64,000 bases of DNA from positions 94,922,001 to 94,986,000 of the forward strand of contig OZ024744.1 of assembly GCA_964016885.1 (NCBI GenBank). Direction: 5' to 3'. A program made the translations under genes and the position numbers. The DNA is from Eledone cirrhosa. Its lineage: Eukaryota. Position 1 is the stretch's first letter; every line of letters begins with the position of its first letter. Below are positions 13,801-27,200 of this stretch, in pieces. A model generated the notes under the pieces. It made no database searches. It saw only the letters and a list, made by a program, of their open reading frames with translations, and was not told the DNA's origin.

Positions 13801-16800
13801 GCTTGAGTCTTAATTAGATAATGTCCAGGTACAATACTGTGTGTCTAAATTAGATAATGTCCAGGTACAATACCTTGTGTCTTAATTAGATAATGTCCAG
13901 GTACAATACTGTCTGTCTTAATTAGATAATGTCCAGGTACAATACTGTGTGTCTTAATTAGATAATGTCCAGGTACAATACTGTGTGTCTAAATTAGATA
14001 ATGTCCAGGTACAATACTGTCTGTCTAAATTAGATAATGTCCAGGTACAATACTGTGTGTCTAAATTAGATAATGTCCAGGTACAATACTGTGTGTCTTA
14101 ATTAGATAATGTCCAGGTACAATACTGTGTGCCTAAATTAGATAATGTCCAGATAAAATAGCTTGAGTCTTAATTAGATAATGTCCAGGTACAATACTGT
14201 GTGTCTAAATTAGATAATGTCCAGGTACAATACTGTGTGTCTTAATTAGATAATGTCCAGGTACAATACTGTGTGCCTAAATTAGATAATGTCCAGGTAC
14301 AATACTGTGTGTCTAAATTAGATAATGTCCAGGTACAATACTGTGTGTCTTAATTAGATAATGTCCAGGTACAATAGCTTGAGTCTTAATTAGATAATGT
14401 CCAGGTACAATACTGTGTGCCTAAATTAGATAATGTCCAGGTAAAATAGCTTGAGTCTTAATTAGATAATGTCCAGGTACAATACTGTGTGTCTAAATTA
14501 GATAATGTCCAGGTACAATACTGTGTGTCTTAATTAGATAATGTCCAGGTACAATACTGTCTGTCTTAATTAGATAATGTCCAGGTACAATACTGTCTGT
14601 CTTAATTAGATAATGTCCAGGTACAATACTGTGTGCCTAAATTAGATAATGTCCAGGTAAAATAGCTTGAGTCTTAATTAGATAATGTCCAGGTACAATA
14701 CTGTGTGTCTAAATTAGATAATGTCCAGGTACAATACCTTGTGTCTTAATTAGATAATGTCCAGGTACAATACTGTCTGTCTTAATTAGATAATGTCCAG
14801 GTACAATACTGTGTGTCTAAATTAGATAATGTCCAGGTACAATACTGTCTGTCTAAATTAGATAATGTCCAGGTACAATACTGTGTGTCTAAATTAGATA
14901 ATGTCCAGGTACAATACTGTGTGTCTTAATTAGATAATGTCCAGGTACAATACTGTGTGCCTAAATTAGATAATGTCCAGGTAAAATAGCTTGAGTCTTA
15001 ATTAGATAATGTCCAGGTACAATACTGTGTGTCTAAATTAGATAATGTCCAGGTACAATACTGTGTGTCTTAATTAGATAATGTCCAGGTACAATACTGT
15101 GTGCCTAAATTAGATAATGTCCAGGTACAATACTGTGTGTCTAAATTAGATAATGTCCAGGTACAATACTGTGTGTCTTAATTAGATAATGTCCAGGTAC
15201 AATAGCTTGAGTCTTAATTAGATAATGTCCAGGTACAATACTGTGTGCCTAAATTAGATAATGTCCAGGTAAAATAGCTTGAGTCTTAATTAGATAATGT
15301 CCAGGTACAATACTGTGTGTCTTAATTAGATAATGTCCAGGTACAATACTGTCTGTCTTAATTAGATAATGTCCAGGTACAATACTGTCTGTCTTAATTA
15401 GATAATGTCCAGGTACAATACTGTGTGCCTAAATTAGATAATGTCCAGGTAAAATAGCTTGAGTCTTAATTAGATAATGTCCAGGTACAATACTGTGTGC
15501 CTAAATTAGATAATGTCCAGGTAAAATACCTTGTGTCTAAATTAGATAATGTCCAGGTAAAATACCTTGTGTCTAAATTAGAAATATATGTTCAGGTAAA
15601 ATACCTTGTGTCTTAATTAGATAATGTCCAAGTACAATACCTGGTGTCTAAATTAGAAATATATGTTCAGGTAAAATACCTGGTGTCTAAATTAGAAATA
15701 TATGTTCAGGTAAAATACCTGGTGTCTAAATTAGATAATGTCCAGGTACAATACCTGGTGTCTAAATTAGAAATATATGTTCAGGTAAAATACCTGGTGT
15801 CTAAATTAAATAATGTCCAGGTACAATACCTGGTGTCTAAATTAGAAATATATGTTCAGGTAAAATACCTGGTGTCTAAATTAGAAATATATGTTCACGT
15901 AAAATACCTTGTGTCTAAATTAGATAATGTCCAGGTACAATACCTGGTGTCTAAATTAGAAATATATGTTCAGGTAAAATACCTGGTGTCTAAATTAAAT
16001 AATGTCCATGTACAATACCTGGTGTCTAAATTAGAAATATATGTTCAGGTAAAATACCTGGTGTCTAAATTAGAAATATATGTTCAGGTAAAATACCTTG
16101 TGTCTAAATTAGATAATGTCCAGGTACAATACCTGGTGTCTAAATTAGAAATATATGTTCAGGTAAAATACCATTTGTCTAAATTAGAAATTAATATTTA
16201 ATCAATACCTTCTCAGCTTCATGAGACAGCTTCTGAAAGCAGTTTGTTTCAATGGCACTAACTTCAGCACTTGTGCTAGTGTGGATAGTGAAATAATCTT
16301 GGATTCTTTCATACACTTCACCATCCAAAGCCTAGAATAAAAAAAGACACAAAATATATATACAAATAAAAATAAAACAGCCAAGATGATAACAATGAAT
16401 ATTTAAGACAGCAACATTCCTCAACCTTTAACGCTTTTATTACCATAATTCTAATAAAAGACACTGTCTATGTTTTTCAAATAATTTTGAAAATAATCAA
16501 GAATTTGGAGGGATTTAGTAATATAACTAACTTTCAAATTATTTAGTTGTTGTTTGGAACATAGCCTAACAAAGATTCTTACATAAAACTATGATGGAAA
16601 GTTTTTATATAAATATAAACACTTTAATACTTTTATTACTATATTTCTAATGAAAGACACTGTCTATGGTTTTCAAAAGATTTTGAAAATAATCAAGAAT
16701 TAGGAGGGATTTAGTAATATAACTAATTAACTTTCACATTATTAACCTTTTAGTTACCAATCTTTCCAAAACCAGCCCTGGTTCTATGAAATAAACCCAC

Positions 16801-19800
16801 CCATTTTAAAGGTTTCCAATTTAAATTAAAATCTTCCAACATGATTTTATATAAGAACCTTACATTAAGTTACTATCTTAATAATGAAATAATTAATACT
16901 TTTAGTAAATCCTTCAAAATTCCTCATTGAGTAATTAAAATAGAGTGTATTTCATTAGAAATGTGGTCATGAAAGGGTCCAGTTGGTATTTGGAACATAC
17001 CATAACAAAGGTTCTTACATAAAATTTAAATGGAAAATTTTTAGATAAATATAAACACTTTAATATTTTCCTTACCATATTTCTAATGAAAGACTGCCTA
17101 TAGTTTTCAAATAATTTTGAAAATACACAAGAACGGAGGGAATTAGTAATATATAACTAAGCCGATATTTTAATATTTGGTACCAAAAGGGTTATAAGAG
17201 ACATAATATAACTAATCTTCTCATTTTGTTAGTGTATGGAACATAATTTAACCCTTTTGTTACCATATTTCTAAAGAAATACACTACCTATGGTGGTCAA
17301 TTAATTTTGAAAATAAAGAATTTGAAGGGATTTAGTAATATATAACTTTCTCATTATTGAGCTGGTGTTTGGGATATACAGAAAAAAATATTACATGAAT
17401 TACGACAGAAGGGTCTTAGAAGAAACAGACTGAAGGTGTTGCATGGCATAACTGAACCCAGAACCAACTGGTTGCAAAGGGAACTCTTTAACCACACAGC
17501 CATGCCTGCATCTATATATAGGTTTTGGCAAATAATACATTTATGGAGATGTTCATTTGCATATAGTGCAGGGCTTGATGATTTAGTATTAATTAACCAA
17601 GATACAAAATGGCTACCATTCAGCTAGGCCAATATCCTGTAGATGTGAACAGTGAATTGACAAAAATATTAAAGCAACAGATAGAATGGTTGTGGCATTT
17701 AGCAATGACCTTTATGTCCTGAGATTAATTCTTGCTGAGGTTAATGTTTTCATGGTTGATAAAATAAAGAACCACTCAAGAACAGCAGAATAGTTCAATA
17801 TTCCTATAATAGTTGTTTCTACTTTTGGCACAAGGCCAGCAATTACCCAGTGTATTACTGGTACTTTATTTTATCGACCCCGTAAGGATGAAACGCAAAG
17901 TTAACCTCGGCAGGATTTGAACACAGAATGCCAAGGGCTGTAACTCTATGTGTCAAAGCATGGCGTCCGACCTTCTACCGATACTGCCAATCCAATATGA
18001 ATGGAGTTATAACAGAAGGTCAAGACGTAGACAGCAAACTGTATACATTATTCTATAGACTGTATATAATCTGTTTATTATATTAGTGCAAATACATCAT
18101 ATTACAAGATAAATTGTATATTTCATACACACATTATATAATATATATACATCCTATATGATACAATGCATTATCATCATCATCATTTCATTTTACGTCC
18201 GCTTTTTCCCTGCTTGCAAGGGTGGGACGGGAACTGATGCTGGCTTGATTTCTACAGCTGGATGCCCTTCCTAACACCAACCTCATTTACAGTGAGTGCT
18301 GGGTGCTTTTTTGCCGTGGAACCTCCACGACCACTTTGCAGTGGAATAATAGGGACCCCAGTCCCTATCATCTCATTTCTACAGCTGAGTAAACTGGAGC
18401 AATGTGAAATAAAGTGTCTTGCTCAAGGAAACAACACATCACTCAGTCTGAGAATTGAACTCACAACCTTTCGATTGCAAGGCCAATGCTCTAACCACTA
18501 AGCCATGTGCCTCCATATGTACTGCATTATGTACTATTATATATATATATATCAAGTTTAATATAGAAATGGCTTCTATAGGACTTGAACTGTTTCATTA
18601 GAAAGAAATCATCAGGCTTTCACATTTCTATATTAAACTTGATGTTTACTCTCTACTAATGTTTTGAGTACCTTACTGGCTGTGGTTACCTCTGACTGAA
18701 CCCAGGACTCAAACATACATACACACATATATACCTCATATATGAAATATTATAAAATATATAATATAATATATATATATATATATATTATATTATATAA
18801 TATATATGGAGGCACATGGCTTAGTGGTTAGAGCATTGGCCTTGCAATCGAAAGGTTGTGAGTTCAATTCTCAGACCGGGTGATGTGTTGTTTCCTTGAG
18901 CAAGACACTTTATTTCACAATGTTCCAGTTTACTCAGCTGTAGATGATAGGGACTGGGGTCCATATCATTACACTGCAAAGTGGTCGTGGAGGTGGCACG
19001 GCAAAAAAGCACCCAGCACTCACTGTAAATGAGGTTGGTGTTAGGAAGGGCATCCAGCTGTAGAAATCAAGCCAGAATCAGTTCCCGTCCCACCCTTGCA
19101 AGCAGGGAAAAGCAGACGTAAAATGAAATGATGAAAATGATGATGATACATCTTATATAATAGTTTATATTATAAGTAGTATTTGGTGGTGGGTCAGCAA
19201 AGTCATTAGAGAGTCAAACAAATGCTTAGCAATATTTGTTCTGCCTCTTTATGTTCTGGGTTCAAAGGTTAATGTTACATTCCATCTTTCTGGGGTTGCT
19301 AAAATAAAGCACCAGTAAAGAACTGGAGTTAATGTAATCGATTTTACCCCTCACCCCAAAATTTCTTGTGTCTAAATTAGAAATTGTCCAGGTAAGATAC
19401 CTTGTGTCTAAATTAGATAATGTCTAGGTACAATACCTTGTGTCTAACTTAGATAATGTCCAGGTAAAATAGCTTGAGTCTTAATTAGATAATGTCCAGG
19501 TACAATACTGTGTGTCTAAATTAGATAATGTCCAGGTAAAATAGCTTGAGTCTTAATTAGATAATGTCCAGGTACAATACCTTGTGTCTAACTTAGATAT
19601 TGTCCAGGTAAGATAACTTGTGTCTAAATTAGATAATGTCCAGGTACAATGCCTTGTGTCTAACTTAGATATTGTCCAGGTAAGATACCTTGTGTCTAAA
19701 TTAGATAATGTCCAGGTACAATACCTTGTGTCTAACTTAGATAATGTCCAGGTAAAATACCTGGTGTCTAAATTAGATAATGTCCAGGTAAGATACCTTG

Positions 19801-22800
19801 TGTCTAAATTAGATAATGTCCAGGTAAAATACCTGGTGTCTAAATTAGAAATATCTGTTCAGGTAAAACCTTTTGTCTAAATTAGATAATTGTTTCTACT
19901 TTTGGCACAAGGCCAGAAATTACCCAGTACATTACTGGTATTTTAGTTTATCGACCCCGTAAGGATGAAAGGCAGAATTAACCTCGGCGGGATTTGAACT
20001 CAGATTGTAAAGGGACGTAACTACGCTGGAAAGCATGTCTGACCCTCTACCAATACTGCCAATTCACAATGTCCAAGTAAAACACCTTGTGACTAAATTA
20101 TAAATATCTGTTCAGGTAAAATACCTTGTGTTTAAATTAGAAATATCTGTTCAGGTAAAATACCTTTTGTCTAAATTAGATAATGTCCAGGTAAAATACC
20201 TGGTGTCTAAATTAGAAATATCTGTTCAGGTAAAATACCTTTTGTCTAAATTAGATAATGTCCAGGTAAAATACCTGGTGTCTAAATTAGAAATATCTGT
20301 TCAGGTAAAATACCTTTTGTCTAAATTAGATAATGTCCAGGTAAAATACCTGGTGTCTAAATTAGAAATATCTGTTCAGGTAAAATACCTGGTGTCTAAA
20401 TTAGATAATGTCCAGGTAAAACACTTTGTGTCTAAATTAGAAATCATTATTTTTTAAAATATGTTCTATAAATAAATCAATGAAACATGATTGATTTGAT
20501 TGATGTTTTACCTTCATAAGTTCAGGTAAATCCACACTGTAATATCGTATTTGGTGAGCATTTGCTGCCGACTGGCATAGTAAGTATTCATTTCTAGACG
20601 ATGTAGATTTAACAGCGCATTGTTCAAATCGAGATGTTAGCTGAAGACAAAAAATAAATAAATAAATAAAATAAAATAAAACAAAATAAAATAAAATACA
20701 TAAATGGTTACAAAGGAATCAGTGAATGAAATAAATTTCAGGAGGACATATCAGCTGTGTCAATGACATGACAACCTCCCTAGTGTTGGTGTTATGATAA
20801 AACACACCCTATGATAAAACACACTCTGTAAAGTGGTTGAATATAAGAAGGGTATTTAGCTTTGGAAAGCTTGCCAAACATCAGTTGTGTCAATGACATG
20901 ACAACCTCCCTAGTGTTGGTGTCCTGATAAAATGTACCCTGTACACTCTATAAAGTGGTTGGTGATAAGAAGGGTATCCAGCTATAGAAAGCTTGTCAGA
21001 CACAAGGGTGAGAGAACTCATCAGCTGTATCAATGACGTGACAACCTTCCTGGTGCTGGTGCCATGATAAAATGTACATTCTATAAAGTGATTGGTGATA
21101 AGAAGGTTACTTAGCTATAGAATTTGCTTACCAAACATCAGTTGTGTCAAAGACATGACAATAAATAATTATTTAGAACAAACATTTAAAAAAAAAAAAT
21201 CATTGTTTAGTATATGTGTATTGGAGCTCTGTCAATTCCAACAACGGATGTTCCAATTGTTTGAATAATGGAACAGCCTACTCATGAAATTAACAAATAA
21301 GTGGCTGAGTATTTGACAGTCGCGTCCACCCTTAACATATTTCTCAGGGAGATTCAGCATGACACAATGTGTGGCATGGCTGTCCCTTTGAATTACAGGT
21401 ACAACTCATTTTTGCTAGCTGAGTTGACTGAAGCAACATGAAAAAAAGTGTTTTGCTCAAGGACACAATGCGTCGCCTGATCCAGGAATCAAACTCCTGA
21501 CATTATGATCATGAACCCAGTACCTTAATTCACTATCTATAGTATAGCAGGTGACAAAGGTAAACTAAAAGACCTACCTTAGAGCAGTTACGTTGTAAAC
21601 TGGTCATGCTTTTGAAAAATCCAACGGATTTTCTTTTCAGCCTGAAAAAAAAATTAATACACACACATATATATATATATATATAGGAAAAGAGTCAGGA
21701 CCCCGACTGCTGAGCTCCGGCCGTTTCGACAGCTGTTCAGAACTAGCTGTCGAAACAGTCGGAGCTCAGCCGTCGGGGTCCTGACTCTTTTCCTATTACC
21801 CACTCTACTACCCAAAGGTATCAAGTACTCTGGTGCGTTATGGTCCACCTGGTTCCTTATCACACTTCCTTCGTTATATATATATATATAATATATATAT
21901 ATAAATATATATATAAGAGAGTATTGAAGTTTGCTTGAAGCATTGTGGAATAATAAAAAATTTGGTCGTTTTGGAAGCCTCAACAATGCAGATGGGTAAA
22001 TTCCCCTCCGACAGATAACTTTCCCCCAGTTGATGGATGCAAAATCCGAAATATAGGGCAATTAAATCTCTCCCAAGGTAACTCTATCTTGTGTTATTAT
22101 TTTTATTTTTACGCTCTTTCCTACGTTCCTCTACACACTATACATCTGTGGCGCTTTCTAGACAAGGGAAGTAGCTAGAGTTACTTCCCGTTGAATTTCT
22201 AGAATATTCCTTAAACTTCCATTCCAGGGATTATAAAAGAGCAAAAAAGCGATCTTCCTCTTTGGCAGCTAACTCTTAAACTGACCACATCGAGCGCAAA
22301 TATGTTAAGCTTTTTCCAACCATTTCTTATAATTCAGGATTACACCTTGTCATGTGACGAGGTACGTTTTGTTACCACATTTGTAATACACAGACTACAA
22401 TAAATGCAAGTTATTTTGATACGCGTTTTGAGAGAAACTCTTCATACCTCAGTTATTACTTCGAATGTAGAGAGAGATAATTTTCACAAAAACAAATTGT
22501 ATGAAAGTTCTTCTATATCTTCTTTCTATTAAAATTAGTAGTTGGGATCCGGTGGTATTTACTGGAGTAAGTAACCCTGGGACCAACTCCCTAAAATGGT
22601 GACCCTGAACATGCAGCAAAACAAATCCATTTATTCACCATCGCCTAAAAGTGGTGACAAATATTTTCATACACTATTACAATTTATTGCTACACAAACT
22701 ATTGCTAAACAACTCACTAAAAATGGTGACCCCAACAACGACACAGAAAAGAATTGTTCTCGACTCTAGGAAGTTCGTTTTATCTGTCAGTTCGTGTGGG

Positions 22801-24100
22801 GTGAGAAAAATAGAAAAATTGAACAAGCAAATCGCTATGTTGACAGTGTGATATTTCACCAAAATAGAAAAAAAAAAAAAAATTTGTCCCTCGTGTTTTT
22901 GGTTGAACCACGCTTTCGTTTTTTTGAAGTCACCATCTTACTTTCTCTGTGCTATATTTTTACTTCAGCTATTCATGGTACTACCACATGTGCGGTAGTT
23001 GAAAAAAATAAAAATGGAATTTTCTCGAGGGCCTACTTCGGCAGATTCAGTCGTCGCTTCTTCTGCTTTCAAAACCCAGCCTGCTTCACCTCGTGAGGAC
23101 TCAATGTTGAGATCCATTGAAGCGTTAACTACATCATCATCAACATCTATCCCAGTTATTTCAACGTCTTCGATCGTACCAAGTCAGAATCAACTCAGCT
23201 AAATGTGTGTTTGGTACAGCTTCACTGGAATTCCTTGGACATCTTATAGATTCGGAAGGCATTTGACCTTTGTCATCTAAGGTGGAAGCGATTCAGCGTA
23301 TCGCACCCCCCACCTCACTGAAACAATTACGTCATTTCTTGGGATTAATTAACTTTTATCATCACTTCATTCCTAACTATGCGGACAAGTTGTTCCCCTT
23401 GACGCAGTTTTTAAAGGCTGCTCCTATTTCACTTTCTGCCGATGCCTTGCAGTCTTTTGAATCCGTCAAGTCCGAGATAGCTGAAGTTTCTTTCCTCGCC
23501 CATCCTGTTGCAAACGTGAGGCTTTCTTTAACTGTTGATGCGTCCGATCATGTTGTTGGAGCAGTTTTGCAACATATAATCGACCACCAGGTTCAACCAC
23601 TGGCATTTTTCTCACGCGAACATAAACCAACGGAACAGAAATACAACACCTTTGACAGAGAACTTTTGGCAGTTTATCTTGCCGTGAAGCACTTCCACCA
23701 TTTTTTGGAAGGGCGGGAGTTCACGATATTCACGGACCATAAACCGCTAACATTCGCTCTCCAATTCAAGTCCGACAGGTACTCTCCGAGAGCATATAGG
23801 CATTTGGATCTCATCTCCCAGTACACCAGTGACATTCGTCATATAGCCAGAGCTGCCAACATACCCGCAGACGCACTATCTCGACTTTCTGTGTGTTCTC
23901 TTGCGTCTCCTGCACATATCAATTTGGTTGCCATTAAAATTAGTAGTTGGGATCCGGTGGTACTTACTGGAATAAGTAACCCTGGGACCAACTCCCTAAA
24001 CATCTCATTCTACATTTCCTCTTACATCTTTCTCTTCACCACCGGATTCTGTTACCCGGAGATTTACCCATCTGCATTGTTGAGGCTTCCAAAACGACCA

Positions 24101-24146
<46 letters not shown>

Positions 24147-24180
24147 ATATATATCCATATATATATAGATATATACATAC

Positions 24181-24236
<56 letters not shown>

Positions 24237-27200
24237 ATAGGCATAAAACAAAGTTGTTGTCACAGTGGAGTAGATATCAATAAAAAATGTTATGAACTAC
24301 AAATGTAAAAGAAGAAATGTGTAAAATATATTTACTTTTCATCAGCTTCCATTGCTTTCTGTTTGGCATCATTTGTTTGTGTCTCATCCGCAATGTAGAT
24401 TTTATGTGCCTTTGTCATCTCAAGAACACTTTGTGCGACTTCTGATTGGATAAGACTAAGTTGAGACACCAACTGGACAAAGCAAAAACAAAAAGTTTCC
24501 TTTTATTTTTCATGACAAAACTTTATCTTTATTTTTATAAAATGAAAATAATGAAGGATGATGTGATATTAATATAGCTGCCTTTGCTGTGTCTAGTAAC
24601 ATTGTTTCTACTTTTTGGCACAAGGCCAGCAATTATCCCAGTGCATTACTGGTACTTTATTTTATTGACCCCCATAAGAATGAAAAGCAAAGTTAACCTT
24701 GGCAGGATTTGAACTGAGATCATAACGGGCTGTAACTCTATGCTTCAAAGCATGGTGTCTGACGGTCCACCGATACTGCCAGTCCACCACCCTAGTGTCT
24801 AGTAATATCGTAAGTGTTTGTTGGTGGTCATATTCATGCCAGTAACCAATCTGGTACTTTTCTCAGACCTGTGAAGACTAGGCTTTTTTTTTTTTCGAGG
24901 TGGCCTTTACTCGCCTCATTATAGCTACGTCACTGGGTTGTGAGAGTTTTCTTGGGAGCTAAAGGTGTCATCCATTGCTCCATCTCCCCTAGTAGTTTAC
25001 CACTGTTGGTCTGGGGTTGTTTATTCATCTGGCAGATGCCTGCTTATATCACGAATAACATCATATCTGGAGACTGTATTGTTATTTACCACCTGCAATC
25101 CGTTTTCTAGGAATACAGTTTAATTATATAATATATTTATATATTTATATATATGGTCTCCATATGGAGGCACATGGCTTAGTGGTTAGAGCATTGGCCT
25201 TACAATCAAAAGGTTGTGAGTTCAATTCTCAGACCGGGTGATGTGTTTCCTTGAGCAAGACACTTTATTTCACATTGCTCCAGTTTACTCAGCTGTAGAA
25301 ATGAGATGATAGGGACTGGGGTCCATATCATTCCACTGCAAAGTGGTCGTGGAGGTGGCACGGCAAAAAAGCACCCAGCACTCACTGTAAATGAGGTTGG
25401 TGTTAGGAAGGGCATCCAGCTGTAGAAATAAAGCCAGCATCAGTTCCTGTCCCACCCTTGCAAGCAGGGAAAAGTGGATGTAAAATGAAATGATGATGAT
25501 GATGATGATATATATCTATCTGTAACTCTTTAAAATTCACACACACACATATACACACACAATGCATTTCCTATATCAGTCATGTTGCCACAATAAGTTC
25601 ACTCTCCATTCACGAGGTGCAGGGTTCTAACCCTAGATTTGTCACTGTAAATAGTTATTTCTCCAAAGTTACTGATACATTTAATTCTGTTATATCATTT
25701 GAACATATATGCTGAACATTTATGTAATTATATCAGAGAAATAAATTATTAAAATATCATTCTTATCATCACCGTCCTCTCCTCCCCCTTCTTCTCCTCC
25801 TCCTCCTCCTCCTCCTCATCATCATCATCATCACCTTCATGATCATCACCATCATCATCATCATCATCATCACCACCACCACTGTTTAACGTTCATTTTT
25901 CCCCGCTAGCATAAGTTACCTTTAATCATTTCCACGAGTCAGTAATCAACATAAACTGTAGGGCTTCTCTTATGCAAACCAATAATTTATCAAAACGCAA
26001 ATCTCCTAACTTTCATGAATGACTGTTCATACACCCGGTAAACCTGGTATATATGGCATATCGATCCTGGCCTCCAAAAATTAAATATATTCAAAACTAT
26101 TGACAACATTAGTCCACTAGTAATCAATAAACATCAAACATAAAGGGGAGATTATAGAATGATGATAAGATTAAGTGGTACAACGAAAGAGAAGTCTAAC
26201 ATGTTTGGTTTTAGCTCTTCAAGAAAGTGTTATTTGACTGGATAAATTGTTGATGATGGAGACCCCCTCCCACACTCTCACACACACACTCACAGTCCTT
26301 GCTGATGGAGACCCCTCCCACATTCTCACACACACACACACTCACACTCCTTGCTGATGGAGACCCCTCCCACACTCTCACACACACACACACTCACACT
26401 CCTTGCTGATGGAGACCCCTCCCACACTCTCACACACACACACACTCACACTCCTTGCTGATGGAGACCCCTCCCACACTCTCACACACACACACACTCA
26501 CACTCCTTGCTGATGGAGACCCCTCCCACACTCTCACACACACACACACTCACACTCCTTGCTGATGGAGACCCCTCCCACACTCTCACACACACACACA
26601 CACTCACACTCCTTGCTGATGGAGACCCCTCCCACACTCTCACACACTCTCACACACACACTCACACTCCTTGCTGATGGAGACCCCTCCCACACTCTCA
26701 CACACACACACACTCACACTCCTTGCTGATGGAGACCCCTCCCACACTCTCACACACACACACACTCACACTCCTTGCTGATGGAGACCCCTCCCACACT
26801 CTCACACACACACACACTCACACTCCTTGCTGATGGAGACCCCTCCCACACTCTCACACACACACACACTCACACTCCTTGCTGATGGAGACCCCTCCCA
26901 CACTCTCACACACACACACACTCACACTCCTTGCTGATGGAGACCCCTCCCACACTCTCACACACACACACACTCACACTCCTTGCTGATGGAGACCCCT
27001 CCCACACTCTCACACACTCTCACACACACACTCACACTCCTTGCTGATGGAGACCCCTCCCACATTCTCACACACACACACTCACACTCTTTGCTGATGG
27101 AGACCCCTCCCACACTCTCACACACACACACACTCACACTCCTTGCTGATGGAGACCCCTCCCACACTCTCACACACACACACACTCACACTCCTTGCTG

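Noticed and set aside
8386-16195. CRISPR-like regular 36-bp periodicity
   Set aside because: Head-to-tail monomers with no unique spacers, no cas genes, and a eukaryotic intron context.
13166-16201. ORFs of repeating [25 protein letters not shown] (also 19620-20457)
   Set aside because: They are by-products of 36/39-bp monomers being multiples of three; neighbouring monomers contain stops and they are antisense within an intron.
16202-16384. 60-aa [12 protein letters not shown]...
   Set aside because: It overlaps the real exon 16209-16331 in the wrong frame.
18808-18880. tRNA gene
   Set aside because: A and B boxes are present, but there is no closed acceptor stem and it continues into a SINE body in several copies.
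23933-24283. C-terminal extension of the 337-aa ORF
   Set aside because: It is read-through from the Gypsy pol remnant into LTR, flank and (TA)n sequence, not a real domain.
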